Under the pieces are notes generated by a model. The model was given only the letters and a program-made list of their open reading frames with translations, was not told where the DNA came from and did no database searches. DNA of 64,000 nt from Octopus vulgaris. Lineage: Eukaryota. Numbering within the stretch: position 1 is the stretch's first letter; every line of letters starts with the position of its first letter. The DNA lies in assembly GCA_951406725.2 (NCBI GenBank), contig OX597814.1, forward strand, positions 187,426,001 to 187,490,000. The letters are read 5' to 3'. Positions 28,248-41,379 of this stretch are shown here, one piece after another. Both the position numbers and the translations under genes were made by a program.

Positions 28248-28631
28248 GGGAAGCACTCCGTCGGTTACGATGATGAGGGTTCCGGTTGATCCGAATCAAC
28301 GGAACAGCCTGCTCGTGAAATTAACGTGTAAGTGGCTGAGCACTCCACAGACACGTGCACTCTTAACGTAGTTCTCGGGGATATTCAGCATGACACAGAG
28401 AGTGACAAGGCCGGCCTCTTGAAATATAGGTACAACAGAAACAGGAAGTAAGAGTGAGAGAAAGTTGTGGTGAAAGAGTACAGCAGGGATCACCACCATC
28501 CCCTGCCGGAGCCTCGTGGAGCTTTTAGGTGTTTTCGCTCAATAAACACTCACAACGCCCGGTCTGGGAATCGAAACCGCGATCCTACGACCGCGAGTCC
28601 GCTGCCCTAACCACTGGGCCATTGCACCTCC
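28248..28631 (-). mobile_element. Young full-length tRNA-derived SINE with 11-bp TSD
   Basis: TSD attaactggat at 28237-28247 and 28632-28642; A box TGGCCCAGTGG; B-box-like GGTTTCGATTCC; CpG-rich. Confidence 0.9.
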
Positions 28632-29019
28632 ATTAACTGGATACTTATTCAAGGAATTGTTTTACACCTGGATACCATCCCTGTTGCTAACCCATGACTA
28701 TTTTCCAAAGTAAAGGGTTTTTTTTTTTTTTATTACTCCAGTGTTCAGATGTGTAGTGTTACAGGATCTACTGTCCAAAGAGAATGTAAACACAACATCC
28801 TTATTTTTAATTCAGGTGTTCTTATGCAAAGACACAGAAATGTTAACATTCATGCATGCATGTGTGCACACAAAATAATTTCCCATTGCATGGGAAATTG
28901 TTAAAAATCTTCATCTTCTAAAAGTAGCTCAGTTGTGAAAAGACTTGCACTGAAATATCTATTTAGGTTTCCAGAAAAATTTAGATAAAGTTAAGAGGCC
29001 CACACAAAATCACAGCACC

Positions 29020-29348
29020 AAGGTAAAGGTGAAGACTCCCTTCGGTCATGAACAACCATGAGATCACAGCTAGAATGTTACTGTCCGAGGCACAAGTCCT
29101 GGCAGTCGCTCATGCATACATACCAGCCTCCCCTCTCTATGCTATTGATGTTATCCAAGGGAAAGGCAAAAGCCGATACCGCTTGGCACCAGTGGTGTTG
29201 CAACTCATTTCTACAGCTGAGTGAACTGGAGCAATGTGAAATGAAGTGTCTTGCTCAAGAACTCAACACACAGCCCAGTCCAGAAACCGAACTCTCTGCC
29301 TCATGATTGTAGACCCAATGCTCTAACCACTGAGCTATGCACCTTCAT
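29020..29348 (-). mobile_element. tRNA-derived SINE (different tail)
   Basis: Minus-strand head gcatagctcagtggttagagcattgg, core ttcttgagcaagacacttcatttcacattgctccagttcactcagctg. Confidence 0.7.
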
Positions 29349-29879
29349 ACTCTGGAGTGCCCTATTTTCTCTGTAAATTATAGGTAATATAAAATGTGAC
29401 CTAATAACAAGTTAAAGAATACCATGCATATAAACAACTATAAGGTGGGGGGGGGGTTCTTTTTTATTTTGGTTAACTGAAATAAATAAATAAAGTGTTG
29501 AGCTGTGCTTAGAATTTGAACCAACAACTTTTAGGCTAGTAGTTTTAGCCATTCAACCTCCAAAACATTTCCCCAAAACAGCAGTTTACTTTAACAAGTC
29601 AATCTCCACATATCTTAATAATTGTCACTACACTTATTTAGACTGAAAGTTAAAAATAAACAGAAAACTTTATGTGACTTGGTTAAATATTTTGTCATTT
29701 TTATAAACATTCGTCTTGTTAGAATATCAACATGTCCATCTTTCAATCTTCTATCACTACTACTGACTTAAGTTTACAAGTATCACTAACACTCATTTTA
29801 AGAGATGATATTTGTTTGCTGTTTTAGGGTTTTTTTTTTGTAGGGGGTGGGTTAAACAAATAGAAAGCATAGAGGCTTT

Positions 29880-30317
29880 GGATCTTTTCGGTTTGAATGG
29901 CAGTTTTTTCTAGCGGTGCCATATGAAATTGTCACTCATAATTATGACCCTAGAATCGATCTATTGCATTTCAATCTCTTTTAGGGTTGGGGTTAGGGTT
30001 AGTTAGGGTCAGGGTTAGGGGTGGGGGAAGGGTATCTTTTTTTCTTCACAAATGTAAATAAACCCAATCTGTTTCTTAAACGAGGGACAAATTCATATGA
30101 CACAGAATGTTTTTTACCTCAATAGATGTCAGTAATTGGTTGAAATTGCAGAAATTGAAGAAAAAACACAACAAATATCTTACAAACTATAGAATTTTCT
30201 CAATAAAGCCAACAGAAAAAGATGTTTTATAAACACATTCTACCAGTATACGAAGTTTAAAAGTGTTTAGTTACATAGAAATTATGTTAAAAACTGCCAT
30301 TCAAACCGAAAAGATCC
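29880..30317 (+). mobile_element. 438-bp MITE with ~28-bp perfect TIRs and internal TTAGGG-like tract
   Basis: TIR ggatcttttcggtttgaatggcagtttt / aaaactgccattcaaaccgaaaagatcc; flanked by a ~53-bp direct repeat; second copy at 1-277. Confidence 0.9.
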
Positions 30318-31811
30318 AGGGTTTTTTTTATTGGGGGTGGGTTAAACTAATAGAAAGCATAGAAGCTTTTATTTCAGTTTTTTCACTAAAGTATCTAACT
30401 TTATTTCACTTCCTTAATATATGGTAGAGTGGCTTAAATAAATTAACATCAACTGAAAATATTAAATTAACGTTTTCTGTTATAAATTGTAACATTAAAT
30501 ATATAGCATTTAAGAATTAATTCTTGTTACTTTTGTTGAATAAGAATTAATTTCAAATACCTGTCTCTAACCAACAATGATAGGAGAATTAGAGAGGAAC
30601 ATTACATTAATACTGAAATTCTCTTTAGAACAAGACTTGACAAGTTTCAACTATGGTGTTAGTTTCCAGAGTTAATTATCATAACTATAGCAGGTAGGTA
30701 GGCCTGTAGGCAGCTTAGAATATCAAAGTAAACAGTTTAACAGGAAGAAGAAAAAAAGTAACAAAGTTTGTTTTGGTAGCAGTAGTGGTAGAGAGATAAT
30801 GAGTGACCACAGAAATAGCTTTTGTTCTAAGGTCACCTTCCTATTTTGTCACTGACTTAATTTAGTGAACACACTTTTGGTGGATCTAGAACAGTAAAAT
30901 GACATGCAAAAACAGAAAAAAGGAAAAGGAAGAAGAAAAAATTACAAAACAAAAGACAAGCTACAACTAATGTTAATAATCTTAAATTAATGATACAAAA
31001 ATAAATCCCACACTGATAATGTACTTTCCATTCTTATTATTCTTTATGGATATTATGCATATAGGTAAATATATAGACACACACACATGGATATACTAAA
31101 TTAAAAAAGTTAAGTTTGTTATAAAATATTTCACCAGTGAAACAAGAAACAAGAAGGACTTGTTGAAGGACTTCAATCTTTTGTTTGCTTTGGCTTGAAG
31201 TTTTCAAAAGAAAAAAATTAACAGGCTTTTTATTGCACTTGAAAACCATGTGAATATTAATATAAAAGTAATAAACATGTGATTTATCTGAAAGATTTTA
31301 TCAAGTAACTGATTAAATAAAGCTATTTCAGAATCATTTGTTTTTTTGGGGTTTTTTTTTGTGCTATTAGACATAATAACAACTATGACAATGTTTAATT
31401 AGTAAAGTGCTTTTATTCAATTAGAACAGAAATCTTTATCATAGTAGTCTGTGAAATAATAAATTAGATATGCTCAGTATATATTCCCAAACAAAAGCCT
31501 TTTTGATATCCTGACAAATTACCATGACTTAAAACAGGATCATCAGTTATCTTGAATGCTTAACAGTGTATAAAAACATATCAATTAAAATTTTTAATTT
31601 GAAGGGCTATAACATCAGCTAGCATACAAAGAAAATAAGAATACAAGCAAATAATTTAATAGTGAATAAAATATTGTGTCCATTATAATAAACTTAATTG
31701 AAGGTTAAATTACATTTAATGTCGCAATGCATAAGTATAAACCACAGGAACCGAAAAAACATCTTAAACTTAGAGTATATAAATGGATAGTCAATTCTGT
31801 GTAAAGAAAGT

Positions 31812-31994
31812 ATAACCCTTTAACATTTAAAATGACCATATCCAGCCTCTCATACCAACCTGAAAATGTCATTCAGAAAATAAACAATCACAGCATTGAA
31901 ATCTCAAACCTTTGAGATAATGCATTATTCATTGAAAATGATGTGAATATATAAGCATTACATTTGACAGACTAATCTAAATGCTAAAGGGATA
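31812..31994. mobile_element. piggyBac-like MITE (ccctt termini)
   Basis: taacccttttaacatt ... aatgctaaagggataa. Related copy in opposite orientation at 50122-50345 and a fragment at 279-335. Confidence 0.65.
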
Positions 31995-33099
31995 AACAAA
32001 GTTTGGACAAATTGATATAATTTAAGTCTGAAAATAGATACAAAGTAACTAATACAGGAGAGCAAACATCCTTTGTAGGGTAACAACAACAGCAAGACAA
32101 GAGTCAAAGGATAAAGACAAGTCATAACTTTTAACATTTTTTTTAAAGAATAGCAAACAAATATTAAGACTGATAAAAGGTTGTTTTGAAATTTTAAGTT
32201 TTTGCTTGAGTTTAAAACTTTCTATGCTGTTTCAAGGGTGACTGGAAATGTTTAGAAAGTCATCGTTGATGAATCACTCAGAATTGAAAAACAAATTCCC
32301 ACTGGCAGTTACAGGTATGAGTTTTATGTGCGATGGTTACATTATTCATCAATAACAGACCCTCAATCTTAAACAAAACTTAAACCAAATAGAAAAATTA
32401 AGATCTTATAGCGATCTGATTTATAGACAGGTATTAGAGCAGCACCTTATTGCCTTCTCCACTGGAGGAGTTGAAATCAACAATGTAAGTTAAATAAAAC
32501 ACTTGTTAGTGTTACATTAACAGTTCTGTTACTCCAGGTTTATGCTTGTTTGCAGTATCTATTTACAACTGGGAGAGCTGAGTTAGGGAGCATTTAAGTG
32601 TTTTTGCTCAAGCCAATATTTCAACCAGTCAATTCTGCCAACTGAACCAGCTAACATTTGTTAGAGAATAATCGAAATTTAAAGTTAGTGTAGCAATAAA
32701 TGGTCTGGAACAAGGAAATGTGGATAGACAGATGGATTCTTTGGCATACCTGTTATATTTAACCATTGACTATAACAAAGAATGTGTTTTTAAGGTGTGG
32801 AGCAGTAATACACACACACACTCTCTCTCTCACTCTCTCTCCTCCTCTCTCTCATTCTCTCTCTTCTCCTCTTTCTCCCCTCCTCCTCTCTCTCTCGTCA
32901 TAAATCTGCTGAAGGATAATGTTAAAGATTAAGTGACTGAACTATGTAAACAGAGGTAAAATAAATCAAGTGCAAACAGAAGATCTTCATATATGAAGCA
33001 TTGGTGATACAAGTAAAAGTTCAAGAACCTAAATCACTAATATATTGAACCTCTACATACCCTAACATTGCAGCAAATAAACAAACAGGGCAAGTAAAG

Positions 33100-33738
33100 T
33101 TCCAGAGATCCATGGACGAGTTCTCTCCAGCAGTCTTTGCCCCTCATCATTGCTGTCATGTCCTGTGTCTCCCAGAGGCCAGTGTCTGTCCTTAGGGCAT
33201 CAACATATGTCATCCTCAGTCTCCCTCTTCTAGAGTGTCCGTGTAGGGGCTCCCACAGGAGCACTGAGTGTAGTATCAACTCTGAATGACGGTGAGCATG
33301 TCCAGCTAACCTCAGTCTCCTGTTATTTTTGAGCTGTCTATTGGGAGGTTCTTGTACAGCTCTGAGTTCTTCATCCTCAATGTACACTGATTAATGTTCA
33401 GAGCCATCCTCAGTATTCTCAGTCAGCGCCCATCCACCATCTGAGTGAGTTTCTTGGTCAGTGTCCACATCTCAGACCCATACAACAACACAGGCTCCAT
33501 TACAGCAATGAAGAGATGGGTCTTCAGGTCTTTATGAAGGTCCAACTTCCATACAGATCTCAAACTGTAGCATCCCACCCAAGCTTTGCTCTTCCTCTCA
33601 ACTATATTACCCTCTGTGTTCCCAATCTTTGCCCCCAGATACAGAAAGTCCTCAACCAACTCCAGTGGCTTCCTGCCTACATTCATAATCATCTCTGGCT
33701 TCTTAATATTCTCTACCAGATACTCTGTCTTAATTTCA

Positions 33739-33743
<5 letters not shown>
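33100..33743 (-). mobile_element. 5'-truncated RTE-clade LINE, C-terminal part of the ORF
   Basis: LELVEDFLYLGA, EPVLLYGSEMWTLTK and RLRLAGHAHR...LLWEP..RRGR are typical RTE C-terminal motifs. Truncated at (TA)n 33742-33795. Confidence 0.85.
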
Positions 33744-33797
<54 letters not shown>

Positions 33798-33843
33798 TTA
33801 GCCACTACACACATTTTTTTCTCTCCTTGTTTTTTCTGTGTCC

Positions 33844-33879
33844 CTTTCTGTAGAAGAGCATAGGCTCGAAACGTAAAAG
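33844..33879 (+). ncRNA. Penelope-type minimal hammerhead-like motif with variant core (CUGUAGA)
   Basis: cttt-CTGTAGA-a-gagc-atag-gctc-GAAA-cg-TA-aaag: 4-bp stem I, 4-bp stem II, palindromic ACGU stem III. Lies in a 180-bp segment (33796-33975) between (TA)n tracts. Confidence 0.5.
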
Positions 33880-35141
33880 ATTTTTTCAATTCCTGAGTGT
33901 TATACTAATACATCTGTTTGTTTTGTACACCACCTGTCTTCGTCTTTTGCTTTTTTCATAAACTCTCCCTATGTATATATATATATATATAGACAAATGT
34001 TTAACTTTAAAATTTATAGCCATAGATTGTGAACTATAATTGTTACTTATTCACACATGAGTAATAATTACTGATTTTTTTTTTTTAAGCTTAGAAAATC
34101 AGCATTGCTTGATTGTCAAGTCAGTTGTCTTTAAACAATGAATTGTAGCTCCTAGCCAATAACAGTAGCATAACTCCTATACAATGCACAGTTAAATCAG
34201 TCAGTGATAAAGGAAAAAAAAAAATCATTGCAATAATGTCATACAATTATGTCATGAATTCAACAAAGGGATGGATTTCAAAGCTTGAAGACAAGTAATT
34301 TTAACTGAAAAATGAAATTGGTTTAACTATTCATTGTTAAATTATTGATTTTTTTTTTTACTTAAACAAAGCCTCATTTGTTGTACTATCTCATTTTCCC
34401 CTCCCATTGCATGTCAGGAAAAATGAGATAATACAATATTCACATCTATTAAGGACATTTGCAATACCACCGAAGTGAAAATGCTACAATCTGAAATTGA
34501 AACCCTATTAGGAAGTTAGTTTTTACTGTAGGGCATTTAACATTGGTTAGAAAAAATCTGACATTGAAATGTTATGACGAAAACATTTTCTTTCTACTTC
34601 ACTTTTTTTTTCTTTTTTAATAAATGAATTTCATCAAAAAGGCAGCATGAATAACAGAAGGCGAGAAAAAATGAATTTAACCTATAGTGAAAATATATAT
34701 TGTGAATATATAGTGAAAATATTAAGACAAGAGTATGAAAATATCAAGGTTATGTGCTGCCCTGAAAAATGAATAAATTAACATTCAAAAATTTATCTAA
34801 GTTCTGCTTTTGTTTATGCTAGTTCTGAAATTCGTAATAGTTAAATCAAATACCAAATGCCTTTGCCAATCTTTAAATACAAATTATCTGATTCTTATTA
34901 TAGAAAGAACAAAAAGACATGTTTGGAATTTGGAAAATGGCTTCACTCAGGGAAAAAAAAATTACTGGTAATCCTGATTGAGTAAGGGAATCTCTTGTAT
35001 TATAAGATTCTTTTATTGAACTCCTTCCCATTACTGTGTGACATAAAACAGGAATGTAAAATGTAGACAGAAGGGCTCAGACCAAAACACCAGCTCAAAA
35101 GATTGAAATTATTTGAATTAAGTGGATAATACAACATATAC

Positions 35142-35515
35142 ATCATCATCATCATCATCATCATCGTTTAACGTCCACTTTCCATGCTAGCATAGGTTGG
35201 ACGATTTTGACTGAGGGCTGGCGAACCAGATGGCTGCACCAGGCTCCAATCTTGATCTGGCAGAGTTTCTACAGCTGGATGCCCTTCCTAATGCCAACCA
35301 CTCCGAGAGTATAGTGGGTGCTTTTTATGTGCCACCGGCACAGGGGCCAGTCAGGCGGTACTGGCAATGACCTCGCTCGAATCTTTTTACATGTGCCAGT
35401 GAAGCGACGTTGGTAACAATCATGCTCGAATGGTGCCCTTTTACGTGCCATGGGTACGGAAGCCAGTTGGCTGCTCTGGCAACGATCACGCTCAGATGGT
35501 GCTCTTGGCACCCCA
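35142..35515 (-). mobile_element. RTE LINE 3'-end copy with (CAT)n on plus
   Basis: Longest stand-alone copy of the family, with internal repeated gctcgaat/gatggtgc units. Confidence 0.85.
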
Positions 35516-36384
35516 GTTATAATAACACACATACACATATATGCACACATACATCACTTATTTTCTATAAATACAGTGGTATGATTTGAAGAAAACAAAT
35601 GATGAAAACCTCAAAAGTAAATTTTTATATTAATAATCACAGAAGTAGGATAATATTGATATATTAAATATATGATAAAGTGGTGATACAGATACAGAAG
35701 TTTGTATTGTTAACAATAAGTTCACAAATTAAATAAGGTAGCTGTTGCTAGAAAGACTTAGAAAAAAGGGAAATTGAACGATAATGCTAACAATCTAAAA
35801 ATACGCTAGTTAATTACAAAGTAAGAAATTCAACTTTCTAAATTTAACCTCAAATTATTAACAAGAAACTAACAAAATAAAGCTCTTATTTTCTGTATAA
35901 AATTCTTGAGACTAAAAGTGGTTTGGATTTATAATTATATTTACAGTATATATTTTTGCTTTTCATAAACCTTTGAATGACAGCAACACTGATCTTATGC
36001 TCTCTTTATGGAGTAGCATAACATTTTATATATAAATCTATTTACAAATAAATTTCAAACTGCTAAAACATCCAAGCTTTAGAATATGACATCCATTAAA
36101 ATATGTTGTTTTCAAAAAAAGAAAAAAAATTTTTTTAAATGTAATTTAAAAATTATATAATTCATACGATGGAAAGGTGGAGTCAGTAATATTTTGAAGA
36201 ATGAGATGATAGAAAAGGAAAATTCTAAAATTATATGGTTCTTTTGAATAAAGATAGCACGTTTTTTTTTTTTTTTGTTTTTTTTTCATGTGAGGCTTCG
36301 GAAAAGTGATAATGTCATGATATATAGAAATCTTGAGTTTAGTGAAGTATTTGAATCAAGGTAGGGATGTAAACATAGAGAATC

Positions 36385-36620
36385 ATGGCTTAGTGGTTAG
36401 GGTGTTGCACTCATGATCATAAGATTGTGGTTTTGATTCCCGGTGGGGGATGCATTTTGTTCTTGAGAATAACACTATGTTTCATGTTTCCCCTGTCTAC
36501 TCAGCTGGCAAAAATGAGTGATCCTATGACAGACTGGTGTCCCATACAGGTAGGGAATATATACACCAGAGAATCTGGGAAACTAGACTTATAAGCCTAT
36601 AGCCTGTGAAGGACCTTTGA
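36385..36620 (+). mobile_element. tRNA-derived SINE with V-domain-like tail
   Basis: tggcttagtggttaggg A box; cctatgacagactggtgtcccatacagg tail related to 17025-17135. Confidence 0.65.
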
Positions 36621-37679
36621 TCCTTTTTTTCTTTTTTTAGGGGGATATAAGCATGAAATTTCATTAAATACAAACTATTGTAGAATGAGGACACAAGAAA
36701 TTGATGAACTAAAGATAATAGATAACATACCGATTTGTCAAATGGTTTTACAATTTCTAGATTGATAACTTTTAGCTTAAAAATGAGACATATCCTAGAT
36801 ATACCAATATTTCCAGAAGATAAAATGAGGTATTATTTATGATAAAATTTCTAAACCTAAAGAATGCTGCCTTTTTGAAGCTATTTTTCTTGTTTTCCAA
36901 AAAGACATAACAAAGAACCTTTCAGTTTTAAAAGTTGTCGAGTAATGTTTCATGAATGGTCTCTTTAGTGTCAAAAATCTAAATCTGCACTTAAAGTTTA
37001 TTAAATCTGCTGTGATTATAGTCCTAAACATTGAGGACAAGGTAGTCTTTCTTAATGGAAGATGTTGTAAATAAGTGGAAAAATCTCTTAGGTTTGCAGC
37101 AGAGAATGCATGAGAAAAGTAGAAAGCAGTGTCAATGGTTATTATAGATTGAGTTTGAAATGACAGAAAATATGCAATAAATAGAGTAAAGATAGAATAA
37201 ACTACAGAATCCAAAGTGAGTAGAAAGATGTTAAGATGATCCAACCAATTAACTTGCAATGCATTGCACAGATAAAATATTAACCTTAAAGGGACTGGTA
37301 ACAAATTTATTCATTTGTTGTGATAAAATTCACAAGCTCCTGCTCTTATATATATAAAAAAAATCCATTTAAATGAGGATTGTATTCTCACCTTTAAATG
37401 ACATTCAAATACAGTAGTATTCAATTATTAGTCATTTCCAATAAAAAAGAACAACTAATTCATTATTTTTGCTTGATCAATGAAGCAAGGAGTCCCCTAC
37501 ATAGCACATCTTAGAATGACTTTATCAAAATGGAAAAGAAAAATCTCAATTTTTCTGTTTTTCTATCTTTTTTTCCCCCTTTTCTTTTCCCCAAATGTTA
37601 AGTTTTTCATTCATATTTGGAATTAAAGTGATGTTTCTTGATTTGGCTGAAAATTCTGGTTGATGCTTCAGTTGTGGGT

Positions 37680-39220
37680 ATATGTGGGTATATGGTAAGA
37701 AGATTGTTTCTTAACCACATGGTTTTCTGTTCAGTCTTACAGCATGGCACCTTGTGCAAATATCTTCTACTATAGCTCCAAGGTAACCAAAGTTTTGTGA
37801 GTGGATTAGGTAGGTGGAGCTGGAAGAAGCCTATTGTATATATGTCTCTCTCTCTCTCACACACACTCACTCACTGAATCCTTATCTTGACAACACAAAA
37901 TGCTTGTAAATGAGTATTGTTGTCCTCCACTTTCAATCTTCTGTGTCTGGTTATAGGGAAACATTACCTTGCCTCGAAACAAGTGAGTGTTGGCAATAGG
38001 AAGGGCATCTAGCCATTGAAAATCTGCATCAACAAAACTCTCTTGAATCCATGTGAGCATGGTTAAGTGGACACTAAACCAGTGGCAGCAGTAGCAATGA
38101 TGACAATGATGTTGTCAGCTAAATAACCCAGCGGTGTCTGCCCTCTTTTTTTATGTGAGAAGAAGTGCCACTCCCAAACAGTTGAAAGAATCCAGGGTAG
38201 AGGTAGACCCAGGAAGACATGGGATGAGGTGGTAAAATTCTGGCACAGCAGGCAGGGGATAAGTCAACTGCATCAACCCCAGTGCTCAACTGGTTCTTAT
38301 TTTAACAGCCCTGAAAGGATGAAAGGCAAAGTCAACCCAGGTGGAATTTGAACTCAGAACATAAAGTCAGAGGAAATGCCAGTAAGCATTTTCTTGGTGC
38401 GCTAATAATTCTGCCAGTCCACTGCCTTGAGCTGCAACTAAATATTACAAAGTAATATTCTCAGCTCTCAAATAATTTTACCAATCCTACATCCTAATAA
38501 TAAATAATAGTAGTAATAATAAATATAAGTTATTTCACTTTGATTGGGCTGCTAAGCTCAAAATACTTTTTTAACAAGTTAGAAAAGAAAGGAATGTAAC
38601 CCTTCTTTTGAGGATGGTTTGGGAGAATTCTTTGCTAACCACTAACACACACACACCTGACAAAGGATGGTAATGATTAGCAACAAGCAGGGTTGAAGAA
38701 GACCCACCAACCTATGGAAGCATGGCATAACAAAACACTAAAATGATGGTAGTAATGGAAGCAGGATATCATCATCATCATCATTGTTATTTAATGCCCA
38801 CCTTCAATACTGGCATGGGTTGGACAGTTTGACAGGAGTCAGCCAGGTAGAAGAAGACTATCCCAGGCTACTGTATCTGTTTTGGCATGGTTTTTACGGA
38901 TTGATTCCCTCCCTAACACCAACCACCCTGCAGAGTGGACTGAGTGCTTATTATGTGGCACCAACACAAGCGAGGTCAGTTTTGGCATGGTTTTTACAGC
39001 TGGATGCCCTTCCAAATGCCAATCATTTCACAATGTGAACTAGATGCTTTTTACGTGGCACCAGCAGGGTCACTTAGTAACTAGCAAGACAAAGGAATTT
39101 TAAGAGGGGGGGGCATTGGCGGAGGAGATCTTGTGTCAGATGATGAAAGGTTAGAGTTTGACAGAGAAACAGAGGCAGAAACAGGTGTCTTGCTATAGAG
39201 GTGGTACATGGTTACCTGGC
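37680..39220. mobile_element. Cluster of diverged SINE and RTE 3' fragments
   Basis: tRNA-SINE head 37680-37840 (+), RTE-tail relative 37870-38100 (+), RTE peptide fragment GRGRPRKTWDEVVK 38195-38238 (+), Nin-core SINE 38258-38430 (-), RTE tail 38768-39220 (-). Confidence 0.65.
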
Positions 39221-41346
39221 CATATATGTGTATATATATCCACAATTTCAGATTATCCCCCAATATATCCCTGATAAAATCAACATGTTTGCTCCACCTC
39301 ATGCCTCCTTGATATTCTCTCATCTCTCTCTCTATCACTAATCTATCATTCATCCTCTCCCTGCCCTCTCCTAGGTACTGTGTTATCACTGTTTCTCCCA
39401 TCTTACTCTTGCTCTAGCCCTGTATTTCATCCTTTCCTATTCCCTCTCTTACCATTTTCTCATACCAATTATTATTTATACTCTTGCTCCTATCACCTGC
39501 TCATCTTAGTCCCTCTGTGTTCACTCCCTCTTGATCATGTTACTGTCAACATATAGAGACACCATAGAACAGTAAGGACTTTTCAGTTTTGTGGGGCAAA
39601 AGGAAACCACAGTAGTGCTGGAGTCACAATAAAATACACCCAGGACACTTTGTGTGGGGATTAAAAAACAACAGAGATAACATGCATTTAAACACACATG
39701 CATGCCTCTGTACATATACAGGTGTAAGATGAATAAAAACAGAGCATTGTAGAGGAGTACCTCACAGCATTCCTATCTGAGTTATATCCCTTTATGCAAA
39801 AAAAAAAAAAAAAATGAAACTGCATTTCACCTCAATTTCATAAAATATGTACCAGAGAAAGTGTTATGATTTTTAAATGAATCAAATATCATTATAATTA
39901 TCGAAAGAATGAACCTTGAAAGCTGTTGCCCCACCAGAGCCATACTGCATTAATTGAAACTGATACAGGTAAGGCTTAAGAGAAGGAGGAAGGTCACAAG
40001 AATAGCTCTATGTAGTTACTTGGCCTGCTAAGAATAGCACCCAAATATCCCTCAATTACACCTTATTGTCTTTAAGAAGGATATATTGGATAGATAATGT
40101 AACCTGTGATAGACAAAAGTAGAGGGAGAGAAATAGACAGACAGACAGAGAGTTGGCCATGTCTGCCCAAAACATGTGTGCATGCACACACACAAACACA
40201 CACGTGCGCACACACTTCAAAGTACATGCTGGGTATGCGTATAAAGATGAAGAAAATCCCCAGCAGGTATGCAATATTTTTTTGACAATGCATGAATGAA
40301 TAGGCTGAGTGTTGCAAAATGGAAGGTAGACAGACAGGTCAGTGTAAAAAGAGCTGCTATTAGTGAGCTAACCACGGTTTCTAAATCATGCGAAAGACTT
40401 GTCTTTTTGTTATGTTGGCACACATAAGAGAATACAGTCCCTATGGATGCAGAATTGTTAAGTTACTTTTCACCAAAACAGGGATGGAGATTAATTTGAG
40501 AAAGAACTTTTAGAGAAATAATAGTCAAAAAGTGGCAGTGCAGGTGGGAAAGATATTTCTATTTGGTTAACAACAGACTGACCCTATATTTGTGGACCCT
40601 GCAGTAGGAGGTACCATCTCTAGAAAACTCATATCATACAACAACAGTAAACATTATTAAACAACAACAAGCTGACTAAGATCCGATGTTTCCATTGCCT
40701 TTATCTAATCCATGAATAGCTTTCACAGGCTATGGGCCTACCCCATCTTACTTTAAGAAAGATAAAACAAAACGGACAAAGCTTTTGATGTTCGACATTA
40801 AAACACTGTAATAGTAACAGTATCAATTGTTTTTGTAATTAAACCAACCATATAGGAATAATCATTTATAATGAAGATAGTATTTAACATAAAAAAGATA
40901 AAAAGACAAAAATTAAGCAAGGTAGACATGATAATTTAGTTCTCCATATAGCAACAGAAATAGTAACATATTTAAGTTGAGAAGGTGGATTCCAACTGCT
41001 ATTATAATGATGAATAGACTGCTGCTATAGCAACCTATAAGTACAGCTGCAGTACCAGCAGCAATAATCTTGATACCTAACAACATTACATAACTTGAAA
41101 ATACTGATTGTTTCATCTGGAAGGAAGGAAAACATATAAACATGGCGATTAGAAACAAAAAAAAAAGAGAAAAGAGAAGAAAAGAAAAGGAAAAGAAGCG
41201 TAGTAACTAAATGCTCTGAAAGCAAATTTTATGTGCAATGGTAAGGGAATGGAAAACAAAAATGAACAAACAAAAAAACTCCAAGTAATATCAGCTTTAA
41301 AGTAAATAAATCAGTTAGCCGAGATATGCAATTACACACACACACA

Positions 41347-41379
<33 letters not shown>

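Noticed and set aside
28555-28631. tRNA gene
   Set aside because: The tRNA-like head continues into a SINE body and is bounded by a TSD; there is no proper acceptor stem or T-run terminator.
29981-30032. TTAGGG-like tract as an interstitial telomere
   Set aside because: Short, degenerate and internal to a MITE present twice in the window.
36837-37304. 155-aa minus-strand ORF, sense to ZMIZ1
   Set aside because: No recognisable motif, AT-driven composition, non-ATG start and no resemblance to ZMIZ1.
37380-37450. Strong minus-strand donor AAG|GTGAGA suggesting another exon
   Set aside because: The upstream sequence has no convincing acceptor or ZMIZ1-like reading frame.
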